Below, piece by piece: positions 1 to 12,800 of a stretch of 64,000 nt of DNA. Each line of letters opens with the position of its first letter. Within the stretch, counting starts at the first letter, position 1. Both the position numbers and the translations under genes were made by a program. This DNA comes from Macrostomum hystrix (taxonomy: Eukaryota > Animalia > Platyhelminthes). The notes beneath the pieces are model-generated. The model did not search any database. It was not told the origin of the DNA and was given only the letters and a program-made list of their open reading frames with translations. The stretch lies in assembly GCA_950097015.1 (NCBI GenBank), contig CATNEN010000029.1, positions 1,302,001-1,366,000 of the forward strand, read 5' to 3'.

Positions 1-270
1 CCATCCTGAATAGGGAAGAATCCTATCCTGAATAGGGAAGAATCCTGAATAGGGAAGAATCCCATCCTGAATCGGGACGAATCCAATCCTGAAAAGGGAA
101 GAATTCCATCCAGAATAGGCAAGAATACATCCTGAACAGGGAAGATTCCCATCCTGAACAGAGAAGAATCCCATCCTAAACAGGGAAGAATCATATCCTG
201 AACAGGGAAGAATCCTATCCTAAACAGGTAAGAATCCCATCCTGAACAGGAAAAAATCCCATCCTGAATT
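1..270. repeat. Degenerate ~22-bp minisatellite (CCATCCTGAATAGGGAAGAATC), in a kinase intron, truncated by the window edge
   Basis: ATCCTGAA core recurs at 3, 25, 42, 64, 86 and onward. Confidence 0.9.
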
Positions 271-304
271 CTCTGAAAACACAGAGAAGCACAGCATTGC
301 CAAC

Positions 305-2035
305 CTGCATAGGTAAGCGTCCCGCAAATAGTCCTGGTGATCTGACCCCGCCTCAGCCATTTGCACAGTCCAAAGTCCACCAGCACCAAATGGCCAGCAG
401 CGTCCAGTACAACATTCTCCAGTTTGAGATCGCGGAAGATCACGCCTCGGCTGTGCAGGAAGTCCAGGCAGCAGGCCAGCTCTGCGGTGTAAAATCTGGC
501 CAGCTGCTCCGAGTAGCGGCCGTGCCGGCGCCAGTCGGCGAAGAGCTCGCCGTTGGGCAGGAACTGCAGCAGCAGGTAGAGCCGCTTCCTAGTCTGCCAG
601 TGGCACTGCAGAGCGGCCACGAATGCCGAATGACCAACGGCCAGCTGGACGCCAACTTCGTCTTTGCTCTGGTGGACAACGCCATGGCCCTGGGTAAGTA
701 GGCGCGCTTTGTCAATCACCTTCAAAGCGTACAGCTGCTTGTCGTCCTCAGAGCGGACTTTTAACACGTTGCCAAACGCGCCGGCAGCAATAACGTCTAG
801 CACCTGAATAGGTGAATAGGGCCAAAAAGTAATGAATTGTGATATTCTTTCAGAGCGGTTGACATCCCTGCCTCTCGCACCAAGGTCCCTGAGCTCGAAT
901 CCGCACTCATTTTAGGCGCAGCAGCACAGAGAAGGCTTGGGGATTCGAACCCTCAAGGTACAACGAGAGTGTAAACTGCCTGACAATGAGAAAGTCAGGG
1001 CTCAGGGTCGACTGTCACCAAATCATGGATACAATGGACAATATTATACATCTGTGGGGGGCCTTGCCTCGAGATCGCCCAACTCGTGCGGACCCGGCCG
1101 CACGGGAAACTCCGGTAAGAACAGGGACTCGATGAACGGCACCGGCCATTTGGACTTCGATCCGCCGAACGGGTCGCCCAGCGTCGATCGTTGAATTCGC
1201 CTACGGCTGCCGCGGTTCCATCGGTCGGCTAGTTCAGCAGCGGACGCTGACTGCTCTGTCGCTACCGCTGATACAGCAGGAGGGGCATCATGCTAGAAGG
1301 GTTGGATAAACACACTGAGCTTGTTAACGAATCTATTAAGTCTTGGGTGTTTAGTTTAAGTACTGGTCCGTGCCGGGATGAGACAATTCCCAGATGAGGC
1401 TATTCTCCGATAAGCCTATTCTCAGATAAGCCTATTTTCAAATGAGGCTATTCTCAGATGAGGCTATTCTCAGATGAGACTATTCTCAGATGAGGCTATT
1501 CTCAGATGAGGCTATTCTCAGATGAGACTATTCTCAGATGAGCCTAATCTCAGACGAGGCTTGGTGAGAGATGGCTAAGGGCAAATCCCAAATGCACAGT
1601 TAAGTGTACACTTGCTAGACCCAGTATATGTGATTATGAGCCTGTATGCATATGCATATCTTCAAAAGGACCCTGCGTCATCCTGTGTAACCAGGAGTGC
1701 GAAATCCCCAGACTCAAATCCTAAGCAATCCTTACTAGCATTGGCTGCAGAACAATCTGCTGTTGCTGCTGCAGCTGCACAAAGCCCTGCTCCGGATGCG
1801 GCGGAGTTGTTGACATTTGCGTCTCGTTGGCGCCGCTAACCAGCTCATCAGCATCAATGACGCCGTCGGTTGTCATCGCGCAGCCGGCGGCTCGGCCGCT
1901 GTGCGAGCGGAAGCTCAGCCTCGAGGCCCAGCGACGAATTCGGCGAAATGACGACTGTCGCAGCCGATAGAGCGAGGCGAAGCTGTGCTCGCGTGTGCCA
2001 CTGCGCTCATAGCCTACACCGTGTCGGTTGCCCAT
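305..2035 (-). CDS. RSKR: Ribosomal protein S6 kinase-related (RSKR/SGK494-like) AGC Ser/Thr kinase, 5' part; continues beyond the left edge
   Basis: Exons 2035-1736 (MGNRHG..., 100 codons, donor GTAAG), 1292-1068 (75 codons ending WPVPFIESLFLPEFPVRPGPHELGDLE) and 803-305 (VLDVIAAGAFGNVLKV..YALKVIDK..IFRDLKLENVVLD..LVDFGLCK..TICGTLTYA); phases 0/0/1 are consistent. Gly-loop, VAIK-like, RDLKxEN and DFG motifs are present. The pre-kinase WPVP.F..LFLPEFP motif is one I recall from RSKR/SGK494. Confidence 0.85.
851..1002 (+). mobile_element. SINE family 1 copy (tRNA-derived head, 3' stem-loop), in a kinase intron
   Basis: Shares CTCTCGCACCAAGGT, GAGCTCGAATCCGCA, GAGAAGGCTTGG and TGCCTGAC.ATGAGAAAGTCAGGGC with copies at 33685-33898 and 58880-59060. 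Confidence 0.7.
1393..1560. repeat. 16-bp minisatellite (AGGCTATTCTCAGATG), kinase intron 1
   Basis: Units start at 1445, 1461, 1477, 1493 and so on. Confidence 0.9.
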
Positions 2036-5000
2036 GACAACCACCAATCAGGGCCACTTCGTTCTTTGTTCAGTTAAAGCAAAAACTTGATTTGTTTGAA
2101 ATGCTTTCTGATTTAATTCATTGCTGCAACTCTGTAACAAGAACACAGATTTGAGATTGGCAAGAAACTAGGATTCGTATATATCAAAGCGTTTGTGATT
2201 ATGCTTGTAGATTATCCAGCTAAAGAGGGTCTAAACCTAGTACTTGTACTTGAACACATACTCTTCAGTAACTTTATTTTGTAGCAACTTTAGCCATCAT
2301 ATGCTCTTTTATATGCATTTGTAATTAGTATACATGCAAACGTTTTTGTAAAAAAACTAGAAAGTAATAGTGCTAATATAATTCGCATTTGCAAGGCAAA
2401 CTACTCATACCATTAAAATTTTCTGACTTTCTTAAAAAAAGACCAGATTACTTTGCAAGTTTTATATACTGTTGTCTGGTTTTTGGTTACTGTGAGACAT
2501 GTTATTTATTTTTTAACTCAAGGCTTTCTATTGATAAATTAGCTAGAACTGGAAGTGTTTTTTAACTAAAGTATCCTAGAAAAGTTTTAGGTTTATTCTG
2601 GCATTGCAATAGGAATAGGCCTAGCTAATTTTGAACATATCTAGGCCTACATGAAATACAACACAAAAATTAATAACTCAAGTTTTTTGTGTAGGATACT
2701 AGATAGTACTTATTTTTTTGTCTGACATACTGACATTCTGTCATATTGAAACAATTATTTGCCTTGCCCTTATAATCATTCAGTATTAGCTTTGAGAGGT
2801 AGAAGATATTTAACCTGGTATCAATCACAGATAATTAAACAAGAACATTATATGATAACATATTCTCATTTTCAGAGCTTGACATTGTATTCTTAGGCCT
2901 AGTCATGCAAATATAGTTGCCTTGTAGTCAAACCCCTTCCTAGGAAACAGGCCAAAGAGAGGCACTCATTGAGAATGCTCTTAAACAGGGCATCAGACTC
3001 AGAGGTACCACACATTGCCCTGAATTTGTCCTTGACTTAGGCTTAAGACCTGGGTATTTTGTACAAAAAATGTCATGCTATTTGGCACCTTGGTCGAAAA
3101 TCAAGGTGTCATATTGGAAATCAGGGTGCCAACTGGCACACATTAACTTTTTTGTTTATTGCTTAATTGTTAATCTTAACTAAATTCTCATTATTTATTA
3201 GTTATCAAACATACTTTTCATATTAAAAAGGTTTAAAATGGTCGTGGGACTTGTTACATCATAACAATTTTTTTGTACTGCATCAGAAAATTTTTTGTGC
3301 TATTTTGGCACTGTAGATCCGAATTCGAAGTGTGCAAAAAGCGGAACAATGTCAAGGGCACATCTGTTAAAATCGAAACTTATAATTTGCATTTAGAAAT
3401 ATTTATGTTGTTTTTGTTGGCTCTTATTTTGTAAACACCATAAAACCGACCAGACGAATTTTAAAGAAATCGCAACAAGAACAAGCAGCTTATGAATAAT
3501 AGCAAAGTTATAGGGCTAAGCAAGCTATATATTAGCTTGGACATTAGGTTAGGACGTTAGGTTGGACATTGAACTCGTTTGATTTTGATTCCTTAGTATA
3601 GTATTAATGTCGAAATTAGTATTTGAATAATTCAATAGCTACAAATTTACCATTATTCATTATAAAATTCTTTGTCACAAACTGTAAATCTGTAATATTT
3701 TATAATATAAATAGATCAACGTTTAAGCAACAAGTAGTTCTTCCTAGAATGATTACTTGTTTGAATGTTAATATTTATTGTTTTTTTATATGTAAATCTA
3801 GTTAAACGTAGAATAATATCATTATTTTAATATCTGTGGTGAGTTTCGAATATATAGCACGCATTGTTTATATTTGTTTTACTTATTACTAATAAAATGG
3901 GTACATCTAAAGCTTGCGGCTTTAACCGCTTTTAATGTTTGAGCAATCCGCCTCGCTATCTTCTCATTACCCGTCACTCTGCTCACCTAGCTGTACATCC
4001 TATAGTTTGCGTTACATTGCGTGTTTTACGTACTGAGCGTGTGCACTATCACCACCCCCTAATTCCCGGGGCACGTGCCTACCACGTAGGTTAATATGAC
4101 ATATCTCAGCGTGAGAGGGTGTCGCTGCTGCTCAATTAATTTTTTTCTTCTTCGTTTTGATTTTACCTCTAGTCGTTTTATTTCTTCGTCCAAAAAATAC
4201 ACTGCAATGCTTAATCGCTTTGGGGCTTCGTCGCCATGTTCGTACCGCCACAATTACTGGCTTCCGCCTCATTTTGATCTGGACATTAATCACTGCGAAA
4301 AATTGAAAATCAGGGATTTTGGAATGATTTTTTTTTTGTGATGATTTAGCACTAACGGAGATTATTCGAATACGATGAACTATAGATCCAAGTACATCTA
4401 GAATACAAGTACAAGCATTTTAGATGTTTCTTGCACAGATCACATCCCGCAAGGGTCCGCATCCTCTTCATTCAGTCGAATTTCCACGTTTCTCGATGAT
4501 GTTGCACATTGACCTGATGAATATATATTAGTCTTTTTTAACCATATATAAAATGGCCGATTGCCTCCCAAACCTAAGCCTATAATAACCAAGGGGCCAC
4601 TAGAAGTAAACTACTCCTGGCCTAGCTAGTACTGGTCATTGATGGAAACTTTGCGTCCGTTTTTTCAGAAAGATATTAAATCAATATAGAACTCTTGCCA
4701 ACTCTTGCCATTCAATTATTGTGATACATGCTCGTTTTCTCGTTTGCTTTGATTCCATTTATCGACAAATATCGCACAATTAAATTCTGCGCTATTGTAC
4801 TATCGTAACATGTAGGCTCGATAATTCCATGCCGGATCGGCCCTATACGTTGTCCAGGTTGGGAGAAAACGGATAGATTATTGTAAATTTACTGTGATGT
4901 ACTGTGAATAAGCCAATTACATTTCATTGAGTTTGGCGAACACAGAATAATGCAAATCTACTTAATAATGGAAAAGTTAATATATAATGTGCTAAATATA

Positions 5001-5159
5001 GCAAAATATTTCCCGCACACTTCACATACATTTTTTTTTCGATCTTTCCTCTCATGCCAACCGTCGATCAGATTATACGCATACGTATATGTCGTACGCG
5101 CGTGTATATATAATATGTGTTAGTTATAGTGTGCAATGTACGTACAATATACATTCTGT

Positions 5160-8100
5160 TTAAAGCTCAAAGCGCTTTTCCAATGAAAATGACGTCATTG
5201 TCGGCTCGCAGTCGATTTCCAGTTGATTTGTGTGGTTGATTGTCACAGAAACGACATCATAGATTTGCAGTTCCTGTATCGAGAATAGCGTGCAGCACTC
5301 TCTTTGCACTTTCGAAGCCTCCGGGGCGCTGATTTCACTGTGATCGATTGATCGGCCATTGATTAGAATGGCTAGTTTCACTGGAGTCGACGATTTTGCT
5401 TTGAAGTTAAAACACACCTGGAAGTAAAAAAAGTATAAAATTAAACTGAGAACGTGATGATCTCTTCCCACTTTCTCATCTCATATTTTAGCTTCATTTT
5501 TATCATATCTTGCTTCCGCAATTGTACCTCATTTCTATCACTCCAATTAATTTACCCCAAGGACTTCTTAAGTCGTCTTAAACGACACTTCAGTCGTCCT
5601 TGTCACCCCACTCCAACTCCTCTCGAAATACTCACCTGATCCTGTAGAGAGTAGTAAAATATGCAATTTGTTCAACGCGCTACTTAAAGTAATATTACAA
5701 GAAAATCAAAGCTATTTTGTTAGCTTATTTTTAGGAATGAGTCATGATGACTCATATGCTATTTTTAGAAACAAACTTATGTGACTTGAAACCGGAGAAC
5801 CGGTACTCGACAGCTGTATTGCTCATAACCCCATGATCACTTGAAAAACGAAGCTAAACAAACAAGTTTGACATCGCTGTGCAAATATGTATGCCCTAAG
5901 TAAACACCCGGTCCTAAACCGGTTTTCTCAAAAACTTTTTATAAATACAAGCTAAAATCCGAGCTGAAAATTCAGACTCGGAGTGGTCCAACGGACTTCA
6001 AAACAGCTTTAAGAAGGAGAGGACTCATCTCTGAGGGAAAGACAAGTGGTAAGCGCTGTACGAGACAAAGTTATTTATTGCTAGCAGTCGTTGAATTGAA
6101 CTATATTGAACTATTACGAGAGCCACATATTGTCGATACTTTTAAGAAAGGCCTGCTTATTTCCTAGCGCACATTCCTTGAAGATCTTTCGGATTACAAT
6201 TACAAGTATCTTTCGGAGGTAACAAAGAAGACGCCCTTCAGGAGGACCTATTAGAAAGACACTAGAGAGATTTCAATTGTTTACTAGGGCGCACGTTTCT
6301 ATTGTGAATTCCGAGCTCAAGGAAAGTCTAGAAGTCTAGATCTAGTCTAGAAGTGGGAGTTTTGTGTGCCTGATCAACACGCGATACTCTTCAATCCTCG
6401 TTATCTCTCAATGAAAACTTATGAAACTGTTGCACACCTCTTGAGATTACTTAATTGACATCATTGCGACAAAAGTAAAGCAATTTACTACTTCGTTGTC
6501 GGACACACCTTAGTAGCAATTCTGTAGTCACCATTAGCGTCGATCACCATTGAATACTTTTCCGAGTTGTATGAAAAATATGGCGAATAATAATTGGTCT
6601 CCGGTGCAAATTTAATTGTTCCGGATTCTGAAATTTACAAAGAAAACCCGATATTAACTTGCGGCTATGATGTGTAAGAATTTGTAATGCACAGGGACAT
6701 ACCCGTGGGATTGCACTGCTCTTTGTGAGGCACTGTCAGGCGGATCCAGCTCTGTGGGTGCGGACAGAAGTTTCAGCTTGATGGATTTATCCCATCGTAT
6801 CCCTTAGCAGAGAACTACGCTCGTACCAAGGTAGTTCAATTGACTATTTGGCCCCTTCACAATTTTTTGCGCTGCACCCGAACGGAACAACGCAGGCACA
6901 TGAAACTCAGGAACACTGGGCCAACTTTTGAATCTTCTGGAACAAGAATCAAGTCGCCATGCAGCTCTTCAGAACGTCGAGATATTCAATGTTTCTGGCT
7001 GAAGGTCAGATTTTGCCCATAAGAGCTAGTGTTTTTCATACACCCTTTTACACAAATTAGCACTGCGCCTCAGTGCGACTTTGCCAGGCCTTCAAAATTT
7101 ATCAGCAGGTCACCCGAATGTGCCTGCATCATCTATGTCTTTTGTGGTCACCTACCTTTATCTAGACGGATTTGCTGGACCTTCAAGGGCTACAGCAGGT
7201 GGAAATAGGCCACTATATGGACACCCTGACACGAATTTCTCCAATTTAATTGATCAAGCCTAAATATTAGGCCAAAAATAACAAGGCCAAAAAACAAGCC
7301 AAAAATAATTACTGATTGAATTTTTGGCTTGGTAGTCCTCCAGAAAACGAATGTAATACTTAGACGATATAACAATATAAAATAATAGCGTTATTTTTTT
7401 AACATTCAGTCCTACTGCTGTGTTATCGTTCTCTAGCCCCCTTGTTTAAAGCCTGCTTAGATCGTGTAATCTACCTTAGGGTATTATCTATTTTCCAGCT
7501 CGCTTCGCGCTAAGCCCCCTAGACCCGTCTGGTCCGACCCTGTCAATTCTCTTAATACGCCAATTTATCGATTAACACCGCGCTTGCGTCACCTCCTGCC
7601 TCGGGTTTTCGCTGTCTGCCCCCCCGCACCAGTCCCAGCCAATCAAATCGAATCAGTAAAAATTTACACAGACTAACTTTTAGCTCGATTCAGCGGCATT
7701 CCCTAGTAATTTTCTCGTTTTTAGCTTTTGTAAAACCTAGCTTGTACACAACCTCAAGTTCTCAACCCATGACATTGTGAAGGCTGATCCTTCTTTTGGA
7801 CTTTTTGTCGTCCCCACGTTCTATGAGTCCTCATGTACTATATTTCGGCCTGCTCACCCGATAGCAGCCCGAGCGAATATAATAGTAGCAGGCCACACCA
7901 AGTGTCAGCAGCAGCTGAACAGTCAGTGCTGAAATCAGCCACCAATTTCTTGGCCTCCGGTGCCGCGTCTTTTTGGGGCGCAACTGCCCCAATGTCGCAA
8001 CCGCCTCCGCTGCGGGCTCTCTAACAGGCAGCTCCGGTGGCGATGAATTATCGTCAGCGTTCCCGTTTCTACGGCCAGTCTGTTGCCGGCTTGAACGAGG

Positions 8101-9021
8101 CCATGGCTGACTGAGATCAGGGGCCGGCAGCGTCCTAGCTCTAGTCTGGGCTGCAGCTCTGGTTCCGGCATTGGCTCCAGAGTGGGTTCCAGCGATGGTT
8201 CCTGCATTTCTGCCAGCACTGATTCCAGCATTGGCTCCAGAGTTGGTTCCGGCATTGGCTCCAGCGATGGTTCTGGCATTTCTGCCAGCACTGATTCCAG
8301 CATTGGCTCCAGAGTTGGTTCCGGCATTGGCTCCAGCGATGGTTCTGGCATTTCTGCCAGCACTGATTCCGGCATTGGCTCCAGAGTTGGTTCCGGCATT
8401 GGCTCCAGCGATGGTTCTGGCATTTCTGCCAGCACTGATTCCGGCATTGGCTCCGGCATTGGCTCCAGCATCGGCTCCAGCGTCGGCTCCAGCGTCGGCT
8501 CCAGCGTCGGCTCCAGCATCGGCTCCAGCTTCGGCTTCAGCATCGGCTCCAGCATCGGCTCCAGCATCGGCTCCAGCGTCGGCTCCAGCGTCGGCTCCAG
8601 CATCGGCTCCAGCATCGGCTCCAGCATCGGCTCCAGCATCGGCTCCAGCGTCGGCTCCAGAATCGGCTACAGCGTCAGCTCCAGTGTCGGCTCCAGCATC
8701 GGCTCCAGCATCGGCTCCAGCGTCGGCTCCAGCATCGGCTCCAGCGTCGGCTTCAGTATCGGCTCCAGCGTCGGCTGCAGCATCGGCTCCAGCATCGGCT
8801 CCAGCATCGGCTCCAGCGTCGGCTCCAGCATTGGCTCCAACGTCGGTTCCGGCATTGGTTCCGGCAGCATTATCTAATTCCTGAACCTGAAGTAGCTCCT
8901 GCTTCTTAGTGAGTCCTTCATTGCCTGGCGCATTCTCCGGTACTGACGGAGTCACTGGCGCATCGTTAATGTAAAATGATTCATCCCATGGGTGCACGCG
9001 AGATGGATTGGAGCTTGTCAT
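5160..9021 (-). CDS. TNF-superfamily-like type II membrane ligand, paralog A (529 aa if the repeat is coding)
   Basis: Exons 9021-7858 (basic RPKKTRHRRPR then TM NWWLISALTVQLLLTLGVACYYY, donor GTGAG), 6751-6703 (SWIRLTVPHKEQCNPT, donor GTATGT), 6627-6509 (..YSMVIDANGDYRIATK) and 5417-5160 (VCFNF..CCTLFSIQELQIYDVVSVTI..EPTMTSFSLEKRFEL*). All introns are GT-AG; total 1590 nt in frame. Motifs resemble TNF-domain strands (LxIxxxGxYxIYxQV; CYxGGxxxLxxGDxLSV; TFFG). Confidence 0.7.
6858..7272 (+). repeat. ~410-bp dispersed repeat (possible non-autonomous DNA element), copy 1, in an intron of TNF-like A
   Basis: Colinear with the reverse complement of 39560-39967 (GCTGCACCCGAAC, CGTCGAGATATTCAATGTTTCTGG, GGCCTTCAAAATTTATC, GATCAAGCCTAAATATTAGGC). 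Confidence 0.75.
8161..8865 (-). repeat. Compound 72-bp (about 4 copies) and 12-bp (about 33 copies) tandem repeat inside the TNF-like A first-exon ORF
   Basis: The minus strand reads (GADA)n then (ANAGISAGRNARTIAGANAGTNSG)n; ATGGTTCTGGCA recurs at 72-bp spacing (8267, 8339). Confidence 0.9.
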
Positions 9022-9831
9022 GCTTGTTGATTTATGAGTCAAAGAGAACAGATCGAGCGATTCCTTACAAGGTTGACCTTTCTTTCTAGAGACCCAGCAT
9101 GCTACGTTTCGAAACGGTTTAGTTTATTTATAATAATCGCATTGGAATGTATTGGTAAAAGATATTGGCGCCTGTACCGGTGTGTAGCTGTACATTTTTC
9201 ATGTACACGTTTGTCTTCCTGCAGCTGCATGGCCCTGCTACACCAGTTTCACCTGCATATTCAAACCCTAGTTGTATATAATATACGGATGTTATGTATT
9301 TTTCACCTATTAGCAGATAACATCACTCCAAGTGGTCGAAGCCACGATGAGTAAAATAAACATTTCACAGAACCTTTCAACATGTATAATACATGTTGAA
9401 GCGAATACATGCATTCCAACGGGATAACCGAGAAAAAATGGTTTTGATATTTTGTTATCTCAACTCAATAGACGATTTGGTAGACTACAGATTAAAAACC
9501 TGGCTAGCAAGTTGCTACCTACTCAGGAGCCAGTTGCAACCATCTCTATACCCTCTCCCTTAACAGTAGAAAGATCACGGGGGAATTTCGAATTCCCACA
9601 TTTTTCTTTTTTCTGTATCTCCCAAAAGATTCAACAATCGCCATGAAAATCCATTTCACGGTCAACTTCCAGAATAACAAACATCGGCGTCTTCAAGATA
9701 TTCAACGATTCTCGTCGGGGAGTATGGAGGCAAGAACAAAAAAAAGTCAAAAAAATTCTGCTCATAAAATTTTAGTGTGTATAAAGTAATCATGTCGGCT
9801 ACTATATTGTTGACTATTGTAATTGATTATA

Positions 9832-12800
9832 ATCAACTGCTCAGTATCTTAATCAACTACTCAGAATCTTAATCAACTGCTCAGTATCTTAATCAACTGC
9901 TCAGTATCTTAATCAACTACTCAGTATCTTAATCAACTGCTCAGTATCTTAATCAACTGCTCAGTATCTTAATCAACTGCTCAGTATCTTAATCAACTAC
10001 TCAGTATCTTAATCAACTACTCAGTATCTTAATCAACTACTCAGTATCTTAATCAACTACTCAGTATCTTAATCAACTATACTCAGTATCTTAATCAACT
10101 ATACTCAGTATCTTAATCAACTACTCAGAATCTTAATCAACTGCTCAGTATCTTAATCAACTGCTCAGTATCTTAATCAACTACTCAGTATCTTAATCAA
10201 CTGCTCAGTATCTTAATCAACTGCTCAGTATCTTAATCAACTGCTCAGTATCTTAATCAACTACTCAGTATCTTAATCAACTATGCTCAGTATCTTACTC
10301 AACTACTCAGTATCTTAATCAACTGCTCAGTATCTTAATCAACTGCTCAGTATCTTAATCAACTACTCAGTATCTTAATCCACTACTCAGTATCTTAATT
10401 AACTATACTCAGTATCTTAATCAACTACTCAGTATCTTAATCAACTGCTCAGTATCTTAATCAACTGCTCAGTATCTTAATCAACTGCTCAGTATCTTAA
10501 TCAACTGCTCAGTATCTTAATTAACTATACTCAGTATCTCAATCAACTGCTCAGTATCTTAATCAACTGCTCAGTATCTTAATCAACTGCTCAGTATCTT
10601 AATCAACTGCTCAGTATCTTAATTAACTATACTCAGTATCTTAATCAACTATACTCAGTATCTTAATCAACTACTCAGTATCTTAATCCACTACTCAGTA
10701 TCTTAATCAACTATACTCAGTATCTTAATCAACTACTCAGTATCTTAATCAACTATACTCAGTATCTTAATCAACTACTCAGTATCTTAATCAACTATAC
10801 TCAGTATCTTAATCAACTAATCAGTATCTTAATCAACTGTACTCAGTATCTTAATCAACTGTACTCAGTATCTTAATCAACTATACTCAGTATCTTAATC
10901 AACTGTACTCAGTATCTTAATCAACTATACTCAGTATCTTAATCAACTGTACTCAGTATCTTAATCAACTATACTCAGTATCTTAATCAACTATACTCAG
11001 TATCTTAATCAACTACTCAGTATCTTAATCAACTGTACTCAGTATCTTAATCAACTGTACTCAGTATCTTAATCAACTACTCAGTATCTTAATCAACTAC
11101 TCAGTATCTTAATCAACTACTCAGTATCTTAATCAACTATACTCAGTATCTTAATCAACTACTCAGTATCTTAATCAACTACTCAGTATCTTAATCAACT
11201 ATACTCAGTATCTTAATCAACTATACTCAGTATCTTAAGCAACTACTCAGTATCTTAATCAACTAATCAGTATCTTAATCAACTGTACTCAGTATCTTAA
11301 TCAACTGTACTCAGTATCTTAATCAACTATACTCAGTATCTTAATCAACTGTACTCAGTATCTTAATCAACTATACTCAGTATCTTAATCAACTATACTC
11401 AGTATCTTAATCAACTGTACTCAGTATCTTAATCAACTGTACTCAGTATCTTAATCAACTATACTCAGTATCTTAATCAACTGTACTCAGTATCTTAATC
11501 AACTGTACTCAGTATCTTAATCAACTACTCAGTATCTTAATCAACTGTACTCAGTATCTTAATCAACTATACTCAGTATCTTAATCAACTACTCAGTATC
11601 TTAATCAACTACTCAGTATCTTAATCAACTACTCAGTATCTTAATCAACTACTCAGTATCTTAATCAACTACTCAGTATCTTAATCAACTACTCAGTATC
11701 TTAATCAACTGCTCAGTATCTTAATCAACTACTCAGTATCTTAATCAACTACTCAGTATCTTAATCAACTACTCAGTATCTTAATCAACTACTCAGTATC
11801 TTAATCAACTATACTCAGTATCTTAATCAACTATACTCAGTATCTTAATCAACTACTCAGAATCTTAATCAACTGCTCAGTATCTTAATCAACTGCTCAG
11901 TATCTTAATCAACTACTCAGTATCTTAATCAACTGCTCAGTATCTTAATCAACTGCTCAGTATCTTAATCAACTGCTCAGTATCTTAATCAACTACTCAG
12001 TATCTTAATCAACTATGCTCAGTATCTTAATCAACTACTCAGTATCTTAATCAACTGCTCAGTATCTTAATCAACTGCTCAGTATCTTAATCAACTACTC
12101 AGTATCTTAATCCACTACTCAGTATCTTAATTAACTATACTCAGTATCTTAATCAACTACTCAGTATCTTAATCAACTGCTCAGTATCTTAATCAACTGC
12201 TCAGTATCTTAATCAACTGCTCAGTATCTTAATCAACTGCTCAGTATCTTAATTAACTATACTCAGTATCTTAATCAACTGCTCAGTATCTTAATCAACT
12301 GCTCAGTATCTTAATCAACTGCTCAGTATCTTAATCAACTGCTCAGTATCTTAATTAACTATACTCAGTATCTTAATCAACAATACTCAGTATCTTAATC
12401 AACTACTCAGTATCTTAATCCACTACTCAGTATCTTAATTAACTATACTCAGTATCTTAATCAACTACTCAGTATCTTAATCCACTACTCAGTATCTTAA
12501 TCAACTATACTCAGTATCTTAATCAACTACTCAGTATCTTAATCAACTATACTCAGTATCTTAATCAACTACTCAGTATCTTAATCAACTATACTCAGTA
12601 TCTTAATCAACTAATCAGTATCTTAATCAACTGTACTCAGTATCTTAATCAACTGTACTCAGTATCTTAATCAACTATACTCAGTATCTTAATCAACTGT
12701 ACTCAGTATCTTAATCAACTATACTCAGTATCTTAATCAACTGTACTCAGTATCTTAATCAACTATACTCAGTATCTTAATCAACTATACTCAGTATCTT

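Noticed and set aside
297-715. ORFs 297-701 (+) and 440-715 (-)
   Set aside because: They are antisense or alternative frames of the kinase exon 803-305.
4059-4253. 64-aa minus-strand ORF with a basic, helical stretch (DEEIKRLEVKSKRRRKK)
   Set aside because: No ATG in the ORF frame at its annotated start, no convincing splice partners and no recognisable family.
7935-8884. Overlapping ORFs (LEPM)n, (APAS)n and (GSSI)n
   Set aside because: They are other frames of the same stop-free 12/72-bp repeat, with no unique flanking coding sequence.
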